A stretch of DNA of 63,870 nucleotides, counting the filler, from Octopus bimaculoides (Eukaryota): assembly GCF_001194135.2 (NCBI RefSeq). It is 8 parts of 6 records of this genome, joined end to end, with 100 filler letters (N's around TTAATTAATTAA, not from the genome) between each part and the next. Parts side by side here need not be neighbours in the genome. Positions count along the whole stretch, not along the records: positions 1 to 26,708 come from NC_068985.1; positions 26,809 to 43,869 come from NC_068986.1; 6 more parts are not named here. The stretch is one strand, 5' to 3'. Below the pieces are notes generated by a model, which saw nothing but the letters and a program-made list of their open reading frames with translations, did not search any database and was not told the origin of the DNA. Of this stretch, positions 22,549-35,559 are shown in pieces (positions within the stretch are counted from its first letter, which is position 1; each line of letters opens with the position of its first letter). The position numbers were made by a program, and so were the translations under genes.

Positions 22549-23789
22549 CAGGGGTTGAGCAAAATAATGGACATACCTTAAAATTTCGAACAAATTTATT
22601 TTAATATGGGGTAGGTCCTCTTTCGGTAGTAATTACAACCTGAATTCTCCGCGGTATGGACTCGTACGTAGTTTGAATTTTTTTCCAAAGGAATTTGTGT
22701 CCATTCTTCGACTAAAACAATCTCAAGTTCTTGTAGTGATGATGGTGGAGGATATTGACTCCTTACTTGTTTTTCTAATATGCACTATAAATGTTCAATA
22801 ATATTGAGATCTGGAGACTGTGGTGGCCAGATAAGATGTTCAACTTCACTAGAATGTACCTCGTACCATTCAGTAACAAATTTAGCTGTGTGAATTGGTT
22901 CATTATCATCCTGAAAGATTGCGTTTCCCTCCGGAAACAGTTCCGCAACCATAGGATGAATTTGATCAGATAAAATGCTTAAATATTTTTGACTATTAAT
23001 TCTGCCATGCAGAGAGACCACTGGGCCGGCTGATTTCCAAGATGTAGCCACCAGATCATCACAGATTCTCCTCCATGTTTAACAGTTGGAAGAAGGTGGT
23101 CTGAGTCAAATGCTTCTTGTGGCACGTATATTCGGCCGGTGGTCGGAAATAAGGTAAAGGAAGATTCATCCGAGAAAATAACATTTTCCACTGCTCTAGT
23201 GACCAATTCCGTAGGTTTTTACTCCGCTCTAAACGCTTTGTAACGTTTGTTTTTGAAAGTAGTGGTTTTCTGATCGCAGCCCTCTCGTGAAATCCAGCTT
23301 TGAGCAGCTTCCGGCGAACACTTTTTGTGGAAACTGTATTCTCGAGGTGGTCATTAAGCTCTGCAGTAATTTTGGGAACTGTACTTTTGTGATCCTTTCT
23401 AACAATTCGCGTAAGAGTCCGTAGGTCCCTATCTGAAAGTTTTGGTTTTCTTCCGGAGTTTTGTTTTGACGAGGAGGCTTTCATTACTTTCGAGATAGTA
23501 CTTCTTGATAACCAAACATTTCGACTGTTTTTGTAACGCTAGCGCCTGCCATACGAGCCCCAACAATTTGACCGCTTTGAAAATCAGATAGATCAGTCTT
23601 TTTAATGAATTTTAATAACCTTTTTCTGATGATATCTGAAAAGAAACAGCAGGTTTAGCAAAACATATTCAGGAATACTAATAATAAATCAAAAATCATA
23701 AAAATAAAGACGTTTTCGACGGTTTTATAGATACTTCAAAATTATGATGCTATAATACTAGGCGTTTCAATTATTTCGTCTAACCCCTG
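22549..23789 (-). mobile_element. Full-length (1241 bp) Tc1/mariner transposon with DD36E spacing (Incomer-like)
   Basis: ~30-bp imperfect TIRs CAGGGGTTGAGCAAAATAATGGACATACCT / CAGGGGTTAGACGAAATAATTGAAACGCCT; TA on the right flank and TG on the left; internal transposase. Confidence 0.92.
22601..23600 (-). pseudogene. Tc1-family transposase, frameshifted, DD36E triad
   Basis: Fragments TDLSDFQSGQIVGARMAG, NSGRKPKLSDRD, VIFSDESSFTLF, PTVKHGG, FQDDNEPIHT..WPPQSPDLNIIEHL, GPTPY*. There are 36 residues between the second catalytic D and the E. Confidence 0.9.
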
Positions 23790-24712
23790 TATAATACACT
23801 CCTTCCTACTGCTTATTTTGTTCCCCACAGCTTTGTTTCTTCTCCCTTATCCTTCAGCCTTTAAGTTTCTCCTCCTGTTTGCTGTTCAGAATGATACTTC
23901 TCCGTTATGCTGTGTCTCTTTGTATTTTATTTCACTGCTGTTTTTTGGTTGTTTCCTTATTAGTGATCCATATAGTTCCTATACTTTTACGTATACCGAC
24001 AATATAATATTCATCTATACACTTTGCTTTTCCTTTTTTACTTCTTAAATTCAAATTATTTCATTACTTGATAGTAAATTCTTATGGCAATCAAACATGC
24101 AATGATCAAAATAACAAATACATTCTGTTCCGAATTTAAAGTATCTATTTTAGAATCAATCCTTACTTTTGGCGTATTTCACAATTAAATCATTTAAATT
24201 CCTTTTACTATTCATTGGTGTTATTTTAATATATTTTATATATTAGCTCACTTTTCGTGATTTCGTGCCGTTCTTCTTAGTTTTTATCTAATAAATCGCT
24301 TCATCTTCACTATCAGCATTTGTGATGCAGTGTATTTAATAGAATAGAAATGTTTGCCACGTCAATAACGTTTTAGTATTGAGATTGAACAATATCACGA
24401 AAGAGATGGGGAATAGCTATGGCAATGGTTCAAGACATAGTTTTGCATAAATTTCATTAAATGATTAAAATGTTTCAGTAACATAAATAAATAAACATAA
24501 AAAAGGATTTTAATCATTAATTTGTTGTGCATTTCGGTTTCATTTATTATTCTTTAACACAAATGTCGTTAAGAGTGACTTGGATGTTTCGGTCAGCTAC
24601 ACCGTCGTCGGACAGCAGTACATTAGAGTTAGTCTTTCCTTTATATTGTCTTTGTTGAGTTAAAATATTCTTTGGGATGTGAATTTCAGTGGTATGTCAA
24701 TTAGATTTTTAA

Positions 24713-24945
24713 GGCGGCTAGCTGGCAGAATCGTTAGCACGCCGGGCGAAATGTTTAGTGGTGTTTCGTCTGCCGTTATGTTATGGGTTGAAATTCCGCC
24801 GAGGTCGACTTTGCCTTTCATTCTTTCGGGGTCGATTAAGTAAGTACCAGTTATGCAATGGAGTCGATGTAATCGACTTAATCCCTTTGTGGATCCGTGT
24901 GTGTCCCCTCTATGTTTAGCCTTCCACGGGCAATAAAGAAATAAA
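24713..24945 (+). mobile_element. SINE type A, full length, long-tail variant
   Basis: GGCGGCTAGCTGGCAGAATCGTTAG A-box-like head, GGTTGAAATTCC B-box-like, core, and tail CCCCTCTATGTTTAGCC..GGGCAATAAAGAAATA. Confidence 0.88.
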
Positions 24946-25003
24946 TTATGTTTTTATGATGTTTTGGAAAAACATTCTTGATTAAGATAAAAGATATATA
25001 TAC

Positions 25004-25060
<57 letters not shown>

Positions 25061-25108
25061 AGGTCTAAAAGGAACACACGAGATGATATATATATATATA
25101 TGGGAAAA

Positions 25109-25396
25109 AAGACAAGGTAGAAAATGCTAAAATAATCAGCACCGGTTCTTCAACTTGTAAGCATGGAAAACAAATTTTGGAAAAAATTAAATGAAAAGCT
25201 CGGACCCACAAGAGTAAACAAGAGAGACAGAGACATACAGAAACAAGGAAAACGCCCCTTGTATTTGAATACTATGTAAATATTCTTTTAAAAACTTATC
25301 ATTTAATTTTTCCAAAATTTAAGGAAATCTCAATGAATGAAACCGGTACTGAAATGTTTTTTATAGAATTATTTTAGCATTTTTCTACCTTGACTT
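25109..25396. repeat. Imperfect inverted-repeat element, probably PLE-derived
   Basis: Arms 25109-25194 and 25299-25396 share AAG.CAAGGTAGAAAATGCTAAAATAAT, CAG.ACCGGTT and AAATTTTGGAAAATTAAATGA blocks. Confidence 0.75.
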
Positions 25397-25419
25397 TATA
25401 TACTTAGAACGTTGGTAAA

Positions 25420-26520
25420 TGTGATATAGTTGGTTGGAATATCGGAAGATATGGAAGATTATGGTATTGGAGAGTCTCAGTCTGCAATTCAGTTCCATTT
25501 TATGAATGATGCACCACAAACGACACCTCATATCCTGCAAATAACGAATGGAAGTTTCAAGACGATCTCCGAACTTGTATGTAGTTGAAGCCAAGTTTCC
25601 TTAGATTAAATCTAATTTTTAAAATGAAGAGTAAGGCACATTGTACATTGTAGCCCAAGATATACAAAGAGGGAGGTATTATAAACCGGAATGCCTTTTT
25701 GTCTTGACCATCCTCAGCCAAGTCTAAAATAGAGATAAACAATAACAAGGATAAGCAATGGCTGAATAACACTGCAGCATCACTGCTTTACCAAATACTT
25801 ACATATTGGTACACAACAATGCTAGTTGTCCTCTCCTGAATTGTCTCTGCTAACATGACCTTTGCTCCTCTCAGATTATCAACAAGGTTCAGCGATAGAC
25901 ATATCTTCCATTTCGTAGCATCTGAATATTTTGTCGTTAGTTCATCTGACGCAAACATGTTTTTTCTTACAACTTTAAAAAATTCAAACTGAATACCGGC
26001 TATTTTATGACAATAATCTATTCCAAGAGTTTAGAAAATCTACAGAAGTTTTATGTGTACTAACCTTCCTATTGAAACTAATAACTATACTGACGGTTTA
26101 TTCAATTTTTTTTCTCTTACACTCTAAGTATCCTTACGGTACAATTCCTAAATAATATCTTCAGAATGAAGGTGGGGTACATAATTTTGCTTCAACCACG
26201 TGTTCAACAATGAGATAAATGCTTTTGCGATATTTGAGTTCAGAAAGTATTTGTTTGGAAATAAGTAGTTACAAGTAAGGGATAAATCCTCTATAATCTG
26301 ATTCAAAAATTAATACGGTTCTGGAACATATGATAAAACTATGCGAGAAGAAAGTTCGAAAGCAGAATTAATCTGCTAATATCCTTCCAGAACAGCTGCA
26401 GTTCACTGACAGGAAATGAGTCGCTAAAGAAAATTTAAAGAAAATCAAATATATACTTTTTACAACACCGAAATAATGTAGCTTATAATAGTAAAAATCG
26501 AACGAGCGCTTCCTTTCATT
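25420..26520 (+). pseudogene. Decayed Penelope-like RT relic
   Basis: Frameshifted pieces resembling PLE motifs: RVSVCNSVP, PHILQITNGSF, a TADITALYTNI-like stretch at ~25765-25800 and YQQGSAI at ~25875. Many stops. Confidence 0.35.
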
Positions 26521-26708
26521 ATTACCATAGACTGTGTACAATATATACTCGTGTATGTGTGAATGCGTCTAGATATGTGAGTGCGTCTGGATATATGAGT
26601 GCGTGTATACAGGCGTAGAGCACTGAATTAGCATGTCTATATGTTTATCTATATGTCGTTCTTTCTTCTTGCTCCTCTCGGCCCGTATATATATATATAT
26701 ATATATAT

Positions 26709-26808
26709 NNNNNNNNNNNNNNNNNNNNNNNNNNNNNNNNNNNNNNNNNNNNTTAATTAATTAANNNNNNNNNNNNNNNNNNNNNNNNNNNNNNNNNNNN
26801 NNNNNNNN
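26709..26808. other. Artificial scaffold-join linker 44N-TTAATTAATTAA-44N (also at 43870-43969, 54971-55070, 56274-56373, 60042-60141, 61251-61350, 62674-62773)
   Basis: Seven identical 100-nt blocks; the 12-mer is a palindrome with stop codons in all six frames. Confidence 0.97.
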
Positions 26809-26867
<59 letters not shown>

Positions 26868-27078
26868 AAATGTATATATATATAAATACAAATATATATG
26901 TGTGTGCGTGTGTGTCTGTATGTGTATACGTATACACACACACACGCACACATATTCCAATCAACAGTATCTCTTTTCATATTTGTATATTGAAGCCTTG
27001 AAATATCCTATAAAAACGTAAAAACAACTCGCTTAATTCTGAGCATATGCACTATATATATATATATACACACACACA

Positions 27079-27306
27079 CGTGTGGCTGCTGAAAACGCTC
27101 CTGATTTTAAGGTTATCGCGAAGGCCCTGGCTGGAAGCCTAACTTTCTGAGAGCTTAGAAAACCTACAGGACTTAGAAAAAAGATGAAGGACCGCTACAA
27201 TAAGTTTGTGATTCTGAGAGGGTAATACGTTGAATAAAATCATAATTAACTGATCCTCCTATATTTTTCTTTAAGCAAAGCCCTGAACTTCCAGCACCCC
27301 CATGTA
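27079..27306 (-). mobile_element. Mariner-type MITE (~230 bp)
   Basis: Degenerate TIRs resembling TACGAGGGGGTGCTGAAAAGTTCCTGGCTTT; interior is the reverse complement of 50367-50584. Confidence 0.7.
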
Positions 27307-27413
27307 TATGGGCAATTTTATGCATTTATGTATGTATGTATGTATGTATGCATGCATGTATGTATGTATGTATATGTATGTGTATGTATGCATGTATGTA
27401 TGTATGTATGTAC

Positions 27414-27444
<31 letters not shown>

Positions 27445-28282
27445 TTGACAGTGACCTCAGCATGACCTCTATAAACCAGTTGCAACCGGTGAAACTGTCA
27501 ATCATGATATTGAAAAACACGAAAACATGATCAGAGTAAACCGGTTTTTCTTTTCTTTTTTCTACAATCTGGTTTCGATTTCTCGCTAGTGCACAACCGT
27601 CGCTAATATACACCACTATTTCAATCTTCTCCGCCTAAATATCTAAAGACATTAATACCTATTTTAGAAACCAATATTGCCTTTCCGTGTAGGGGGCGTG
27701 CACATTTTAAGTCCAACCTACTTCTTTTTATGAATCACTTTCTGATTTCCTCACATTTACCTGTATGAATTTTCTCTCATTCACCTATGTTTTTTTTACG
27801 ACTCAATACGACAAGGCTCCGCCTACAATCTTCCTTTTCTCCTTATTTAGTCATCTCATTCTCTCTCTCTCTCTCTGTCTCTCTCGCTCTGTCTCTCTCT
27901 CTCTCTGGTTCTCTCTCTCTCTTCTTTCTTTTTCTCGTTATCTCTCACCTGTTTGCCTTTTTCTTTCTTTTACCCCTCTCTCTTCATTATTAACACTTCT
28001 CTTCTTTTGTTTCTTTCCTTATTTCCGTTATACTGTTATTCGTTTTTACTCACACAATTGTCATCACACAATTGTGTTTTTTGTGTGTGGTATATGCTCT
28101 TGATACGTGCGTGTGTGTATGTGTGTGAGAGAGAGATAGAGAGGGATAGAGGTATATAACCTTCTATTTATCTATGTAATTTAATTCACCATACGTTTCC
28201 ACTCTTATATATCTCTCTCTCTAACGATCTATCTATTAACCAATCTATCTTTTGCACTCTCTAGCTTCACTGCTGATAATAG

Positions 28283-28327
<45 letters not shown>

Positions 28328-28861
28328 TAAACGCGCGCGCGCACGCTCAACACGTGCGTGTATACACAAACCACACGTATATACGCTTGTGTGCTTGCGT
28401 GTCCATAATCTTGGTGTGTATTTATCTACCCATCTATAAGTACTCTCTATCTTAACTAATTTTATGCGTTTCGATATCGATGAATATATACACGAACATG
28501 CACACTAATATATATATGTGTATGTGTATATATGTGTATGTGTGTATATACACATGCATAAATTATATATATNNNNNNNNNNNNNNNNNNNNNNNNNNNN
28601 NNNNNNNNNNNNNNNNNNNNNNNNNNNNNNNNNNNNNNNNNNNNNNNNNNNNNNNNNNNNNNNNNNNNNNNNNNNNNNNNNNNNNNNNNNNNNNNNNNNN
28701 NNNNNNNNNNNNNNNNNNNNNNNNNNNNNNNNNNNNNNNNNNNNNNNNNNNNNNNNNNNNNNNNNNNNNNNNNNNNNNNNNNNNNNNNNNNNNNNNNNNN
28801 NNNNNNNNNNNNNNNNNNNNNNNNNNNNNNNNNNNNNNNNNNNNNNNNNNNNNNNNNNNNN

Positions 28862-28907
<46 letters not shown>

Positions 28908-29256
28908 CTCTCTCTCGCTCTCTCATCCTATCTTTCTTTTATATACATACACATATACTTTCTTTATGTTTCTCACACTCTCACAAATACATGCACATAC
29001 GCTTGTCCCGATCATCTCTCATGCAGATCTACACTTTTTTTTTCTCTGCCACCGCTTTCTCTATTTCTTTCATTCTTTCGATTTTCCTCTTCCTATTTCT
29101 CACTCTCTCTATCTTCAATTTACTAACTCCTCTCTCACTTTCACTTTGCCCTCTCCTCTTATCCTTTCTTACTTCTTTATATCTTTCTCGTCTTTTTTCT
29201 TATTTCTTCTTCTGAAGCTTCCTTCATTTCCTCTATACAGAATTCTCTTTTATTGA

Positions 29257-29470
29257 TTTCAAATTTTGGCACAAGTCCAGCAATTTAAGACGAGTGAGTA
29301 AATTGGTTACATCGACCCCAAAAATCAACTGGTACTTATTTTATAGACCCCCTTAAAGGATGGAAGACAAAGTCGACCTCGGTGAAATTTGAACTCAGAA
29401 CGCAGAAGCGGACGAAATGCCGCTAAGCTTTTGGCCAGTCGTGCTAACGATTTTGCCAGCTGATCGTCTT
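29257..29470 (-). mobile_element. SINE type A, short tail
   Basis: Full reverse-complement match to the type A head, core and tail. Confidence 0.85.
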
Positions 29471-29612
29471 ATAATTCTCTTTCATTGAACCTTATATTCT
29501 TATGTCCCTCTCTTTCACCTCCAATTCCTGATTCTCTCTTTCATTCTCTGTCTGTAAATCTGCCTGTCTCTGTCAATCTTTCTCTCTTTCTTTCTGTCTC
29601 TTTCTATCTCTT

Positions 29613-29669
<57 letters not shown>

Positions 29670-32269
29670 TCATTGTCCTTTCTTTTTCTATTTGTGTTTT
29701 CTACGTCAGTCTCTACCATTCTCTTCTAACCTATCTCTCTTATCCTCTGTCAGTCTATCTTGTCTGTCACTCGCTCCATCTTTAACGTCTTTAAATATTT
29801 CCGTCTCTCTTCTCTATCCCGTTCTATTTTACACTGCTTCCTACGCACACGTACTTCAGAAAAACAGTGGCTACATTCATAAAATATCAGATTAAGACCT
29901 CAGAGCACATGAGTTCAAATCAATTACAGTCGTGAGATAAGATTTTATAAGCAATATAACTTCGTCCTAAGCCTCAACAGTCACTTAAAATTCAGTGCAT
30001 CACTTTCCATAAATTTAGCAAATAAAAGATAAAGTGAAAACGGGATGGGACGCTAGTCTATCTCAGTTGAAGGCCCCAGTTTCTCCAGAAACTCACTCCC
30101 CACAAATAAGTAATGTGAACCAACAATTGAATTGTATTCTCAGAAGAAACAGCAAAACAGAAGCTCTTGTAGGAAAATTGAACTTACGACTTATATGTGT
30201 TCATGGTTTTACATGACACATTGGAAAATAAGACTAATTGTTATAGTAACTTGATCGGTAATTATCCTCCTTCGTGTCGATGGTGCTAAATACAACCAAA
30301 TGTGAACGACTAACTTGGGACTTTAGTTCTAAAATCGGGCCTACAAGAGCCGAGGCGACTGGAGAAATACAGGACATCGAATTGGCTTCAGAGGAAAATA
30401 TTCATTGTCACAATGAAGAGGAACCATAGTATCCTGTGCAACGGGTATGTTGTAGTATGATTAAAAATAATTTGCAAAAGAATCTTAATCACTTCTTTCA
30501 TAGAAATAGAAGGAAAAAACGTCTGAAAGTCTTCTGTTCTATATTTTAGTGGCTCAAGAATGCATGCATAACAGAGTCATTAAGTAGTTTGTTTCGCTAT
30601 CACGTGACTCTAGGGTTCATTTCTTAGGCAAATGAATTCTTAGCATTGACTCGAGTCAATCAACGCAAGTGTTGTGAGTGAAACGAGTTAGAAGGAAACT
30701 GTGCAGAAGACCTTCCAGCGGATGTAATGCAATTTATTCTTGGGCAGTAAAAGTAAAATCCTTGCCTACTTCAAAATTACATCCAGCTCTTGAGTGATTT
30801 TAGCAGATTCCACTATGTTACAAGGATGTCTTCTAAACATCTGATCTGAGAGCGACTTCCTCATGTTCATGCTCTTCAACAATTTCTGAAGCCGTGTAAA
30901 TGTCATGAACACTGCCCTTCCCCGTTTGACTAAGTCATAAATAATACGGTTCATTTAGATCTCGAGAATATGCAAGAAGTTCAGAAAGTTAACCAACGAT
31001 CGGCTATCGTCTTGTTCACGGAAGGCTTTCATCTTTATGAATGTTAGTGTTATGTACTATAACTCGAAACAGAATTAAGCTTCTTCCCTATAGAAGCAAG
31101 GCATTTGCAAGTTATCAAATACTAATAGATGAAAGAAAATTGAAACAACTGTGGTAGATTTCAAACCATAATATTTTTATTCTTGTTGTTTAACTACAAG
31201 TCAACCCAGATCTAAGTTTAGTATATCTAGAGCTACAAAATTCATTCTCATTTTTAGAGAAATATTATGTGATATGTGACTTCGATCAGCCATATAGAGT
31301 CTTCCTTGTTGGTTGGTAAACAGACATTGTAAACTGATAATCAAAGTAACATAAAAATGCGTTCTTGTATTGGCAGAAGACAAATATTTGCAGCAGAGAA
31401 ATATGATCAATTAACACAACTAGCAACATATTAATGATTATATTTTCATGAACAATTGAGAAAGAGTGATAAGCAAACACGGCAACACTAGCTACATTTG
31501 AACTCAAAATGTAAAAATATGTAATTAAATATTGTAAAATAATCTGTTCAAAGATTTACAAAGATTTTATTATTCACTTTCGTTTGATGGTAAAATTATA
31601 TGGCGTCGAATTGGCAGAATTATTATGTAGAATAGCATACACCGCGATAATTGTTCTAGCTCTCTGTGTTCAACTCCTGCCTAGATCACTTTTTGCCTTC
31701 TATTCATTGGGGATTAATAGACTCATTAATAAAACACATGTGAATTGATAAAACACAGTGGTGAATTGGCGAATGTTAAAGCGTCGTTATATATTTAAAG
31801 CGTTTAAAATGTTAAAGCCAGGCGTTATATATTTCGGCTCTGGGCGCTCTGAGAACAAATACTGCTCCAGCTGCAAATTCATGGGCAAAAATGATCATAA
31901 AGCTGCGAATCCCTTTTACCAAATTCCCAAGTATTGCAGCTAATTCCTCTCACTACCAGTAAACCTTGCTGGCATGAAAGAACACAAGGTAATTTTCAAG
32001 TCCTATGCACTCAAGGACAACGCATACGCTTTTTATAACCCAGGCACACTATCAAACTTTTGTAGAAATTTCAATAAACGATTCAACATACGAATAATTT
32101 TTAAACGTCGTTGAATGACTTACATACTTTATAGACCGTGGTATGGCGGAATGTAAAGTCAACTCCGATGGGATTTGAACTAAGAACTTAAAATTCCGTA
32201 GCTAAATATTATAAGTTCTGTAAATTATTACTGCAATGACTAAAACTAACATAAAGCATTTCCCTCTAA

Positions 32270-32490
32270 GGCGGTGAGCTGGCAGAATCTTTAGCGCGCC
32301 GGGCCAAATTCTTAGCGGCAAATCGCCCGTCTTTAGGTTCTGGGTTGAAATTACCGCCGAGCTTGACTTTCCTTTCATCCTTTCGGTCTCAATAAAATAA
32401 GAACGATACGCAGTCAAATAAAGGGGTCGATGTAATCGATTTGCACCCCCTCTCGTGAAACCGCTGTCAGTGTGCCTAAATTTGAAACCA
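32270..32490 (+). mobile_element. SINE type A, short tail
   Basis: GGCGGTGAGCTGGCAGAATC head through GTGCCTAAATTTGAAACCA tail. Confidence 0.85.
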
Positions 32491-32564
32491 TACAGCATTT
32501 TTCTTAGCGTTACAACAGTTTTGCTCTTTAATTATTTCTAATTTGCTCGGCGCTCTTCCAATTC

Positions 32565-32760
32565 TATTTTAAACACAAGGCCAGCAATTTGAGAGAAGAG
32601 GGCTCGTTGATGGTATTGCTCGCATTAACTGGTATTTTATTTTATCGACCCCGAGAGCATGAAAAGTAAGGTAACTTAGGTTGACGTTGAACTCGGAAAA
32701 TAAAGAGACAAAACCAATATCTCCAGCATTTTCTGCGGCGCTCTGATGATCCTGCCATTT
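32565..32760 (-). mobile_element. SINE type A, diverged
   Basis: Reverse-complement core CTGGTATTTTATTTTATCGACCCCG and head. Confidence 0.7.
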
Positions 32761-33008
32761 CAAGGCTTTTGTTTTTAGATTTAGGTAAAAGCAATCGACT
32801 ATGAAGAAATGACGGTTATAGTTGGTATCATCGATCTCACTACTTAACTGGTATTCTATTTTACCGACTCTAAAACGATGAATGACTAAGTCAACCTGAT
32901 GTTTGTATGATACTCTTTCACAAGATGCACACTGTCGAACTGATTTTGGAACCTAATAACTGCCAATGAAAATTCTTAACAGTATTAGGCAATGTCAATA
33001 CCCACTAA

Positions 33009-33083
<75 letters not shown>

Positions 33084-33134
33084 GATAGATAGAGAGAGAG
33101 AGAGATAGATAAATAGATAGATAGAAATCCTGTA

Positions 33135-33360
33135 TGCTGGGAGAATCGTTAGCACGCCGGGCGAAATGCTTAGCGATATTTCGTCTGTCGCTATGTTCTG
33201 AGTTCAAATTCCGCCGAGGTCGACTTTGCCCTTCCTCCTTTCGGGGATCGATAAATTAAGCACCAGTTACGCACTGGGGTCGATGTTATCAACTTAACCC
33301 CTTTGTCTGTTTTTGTTTGTCCCCTCTATGTTTAGCCCCTTGTGGGCAATAAAGAAATAA
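33135..33360 (+). mobile_element. SINE type A, long tail, little diverged
   Basis: Close match to 24713-24945. Confidence 0.88.
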
Positions 33361-33558
33361 GAATCGTTAGTACGCCGAGCAAAATGTTTAGCGGCATTTC
33401 ATCCGTCATCACGTTCTAAGTTCAAATTCCACAAAGGTCAGCGTTGCCTTTCATCCTTTCAAGGTCAATGAAATAAGAACCAGTTGAGCATTGGGGTCGA
33501 TTTAATCAACTTACTCCTTACCCGAAATTACTGGCCTTTTACCAAACTTTGAAATCAA
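33361..33558 (+). mobile_element. SINE type A, short tail, directly following the previous copy
   Basis: Starts GAATCGTTAG immediately after the AAAGAAATAA tail of the first copy. Confidence 0.82.
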
Positions 33559-33789
33559 ATAGAAACATGAGATTCACCTACGGAATCTTCTTATTTCTCC
33601 ATTGAATCTCAGCAATAATGATTTGAAATATTGGAGCTTCAATCCAGTTATATAAATTTCAGGGTTTTCTGTTAGTATTTGTGAATTCAGAGATGACGAG
33701 AGCAGTAAATTTCAAGATCGGTAGAGCACAGAATAACTCTGTTAGAAGTATTTAGCTATACCAGTGAAAGCGAGTGACCTGTTAGTTAG

Positions 33790-34030
33790 GGATACTGGAA
33801 TCATGATCATTAATGTCGTGCGTTCGATTGTGACATCGGGCGGCACGTCGTGTTGTTGGATAAGTCAATTCAGTTCATGCTGCTCTCATTCAGTCAGCTG
33901 AAGACAAATGCCAGCTGCAGCGGATAGTTAATCGTGCAAAGGACTGACTTTCTATTCAGTGGGAGGATCAAGAATTTTCAGTAGCTTGAAGCCTCAGAAA
34001 ACGAGCTATGCTCTGGCCTAATGAGCTTAT
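33790..34030 (+). mobile_element. Diverged SINE type D
   Basis: GTGCGTTCGATT B-box-like, then TTGGATAAGTCAATTCAGTTCATGCTGCTC CORE-like segment. Confidence 0.5.
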
Positions 34031-35559
34031 AGTCTCGAGACAAACTTTAACATTTAATTTGCTAATATTCTGAGTTCAAATCAATTATATTGTAGATTTT
34101 GACATTTATTGTTCCCAGAGCCATAAAATAACAACGAGCCAAGTTCCTTCATCGATTTTATTCAATATGCCCGACTCCAAACTGTCTTGAATTTTGCGGA
34201 AGTTGAAAAGCAATGTTAAAATAAAGAATGCAAATTGGCAGCTAGAAGAGTTCTTTTCTTCCCTCAGCTGAATTTAAATCGTACTCAGATTGAGGTTCTT
34301 TTACCAACCTCCAGCGATCAACAAAGAGTATACCAGTAATATACATAGGGTCTGTTCAAGTATGACGAGACAGAATCCTAGTTGAAAAATACAAACAACA
34401 GGACGTTAACAACAGGTGTCTTTCGACTAAGGACGAATTAAATTAAGCTGGTGTGTGTGGAAGTGAAACCTGTCCGGATAATTTGTTGTCACCTGTTACA
34501 TTCTTGGTCCATTTTTGTTTTGTTTATATATATATATATATACATACATATATACATATATATATACATATATACAGACATACATACATATATNNNNNNN
34601 NNNNNNNNNNNNNNNNNNNNNNNNNNNNNNNNNNNNNNNNNNNNNNNNNNNNNNNNNNNNNNNNNNNNNNNNNNNNNNNNNNNNNNNNNNNNNNNNNNNN
34701 NNNNNNNNNNNNNNNNNNNNNNNNNNNNNNNNNNNNNNNNNNNNNNNNNNNNNNNNNNNNNNNNNNNNNNNNNNNNNNNNNNNNNNNNNNNNNNNNNNNN
34801 NNNNNNNNNNNNNNNNNNNNNNNNNNNNNNNNNNNNNNNNNNNNNNNNNNNNNNNNNNNNNNNNNNNNNNNNNNNNNNNNNNNNNNNNNNNNNNNNNNNN
34901 NNNNNNNNNNNNNNNNNNNNNNNNNNNNNNNNNNNNNNNNNNNNNNNNNNNNNNNNNNNNNNNNNNNNNNNNNNNNNNNNNNNNNNNNNNNNNNNNNNNN
35001 NNNNNNNNNNNNNNNNNNNNNNNNNNNNNNNNNNNNNNNNNNNNNNNNNNNNNNNNNNNNNNNNNNNNNNNNNNNNNNNNNNNNNNNNNNNNNNNNNNNN
35101 NNNNNNNNNNNNNNNNNNNNNNNNNNNNNNNNNNNNNNNNNNNNNNNNNNNNNNNATATACAAATATATATATACATATATATATATCCATGTAAATATG
35201 TATACATTCATATATGTATACAATTGTGTTTGCGTGTGTATATACACGCACACATAAGCGCATTCACACACACACGCATACACACACACACATTTATTTG
35301 TATGTGTATGTATAGCATATTTCTAACTATGATATTCAAATACTCTTTAATGTATCTTTCTATAACAGATGCAACCTTTTGTGCAGAAGACTGCAGACAA
35401 AATTGTAGAATAAATGTTGAAATTTGATTTTGAAAATTTTTTTCATGTCTGTGTATAGGGGTTGGAAGATATCAGGCGGAGAAATTTGAGCGGTAACCTG
35501 GCACTTGTGTGTATGTGCCTGTGTGTATGTGTGCGAGTGTGTGTCTGCGTCTTTTTTTT

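Noticed and set aside
24713-24800. tRNA genes at A-box/B-box-like sequences
   Set aside because: They are SINE heads continuing into SINE cores, with no complete cloverleaf.
25429-25577. 49-codon open frame ending at a GTATGT donor
   Set aside because: Weak acceptor, and the surrounding frames resemble decayed Penelope RT motifs.
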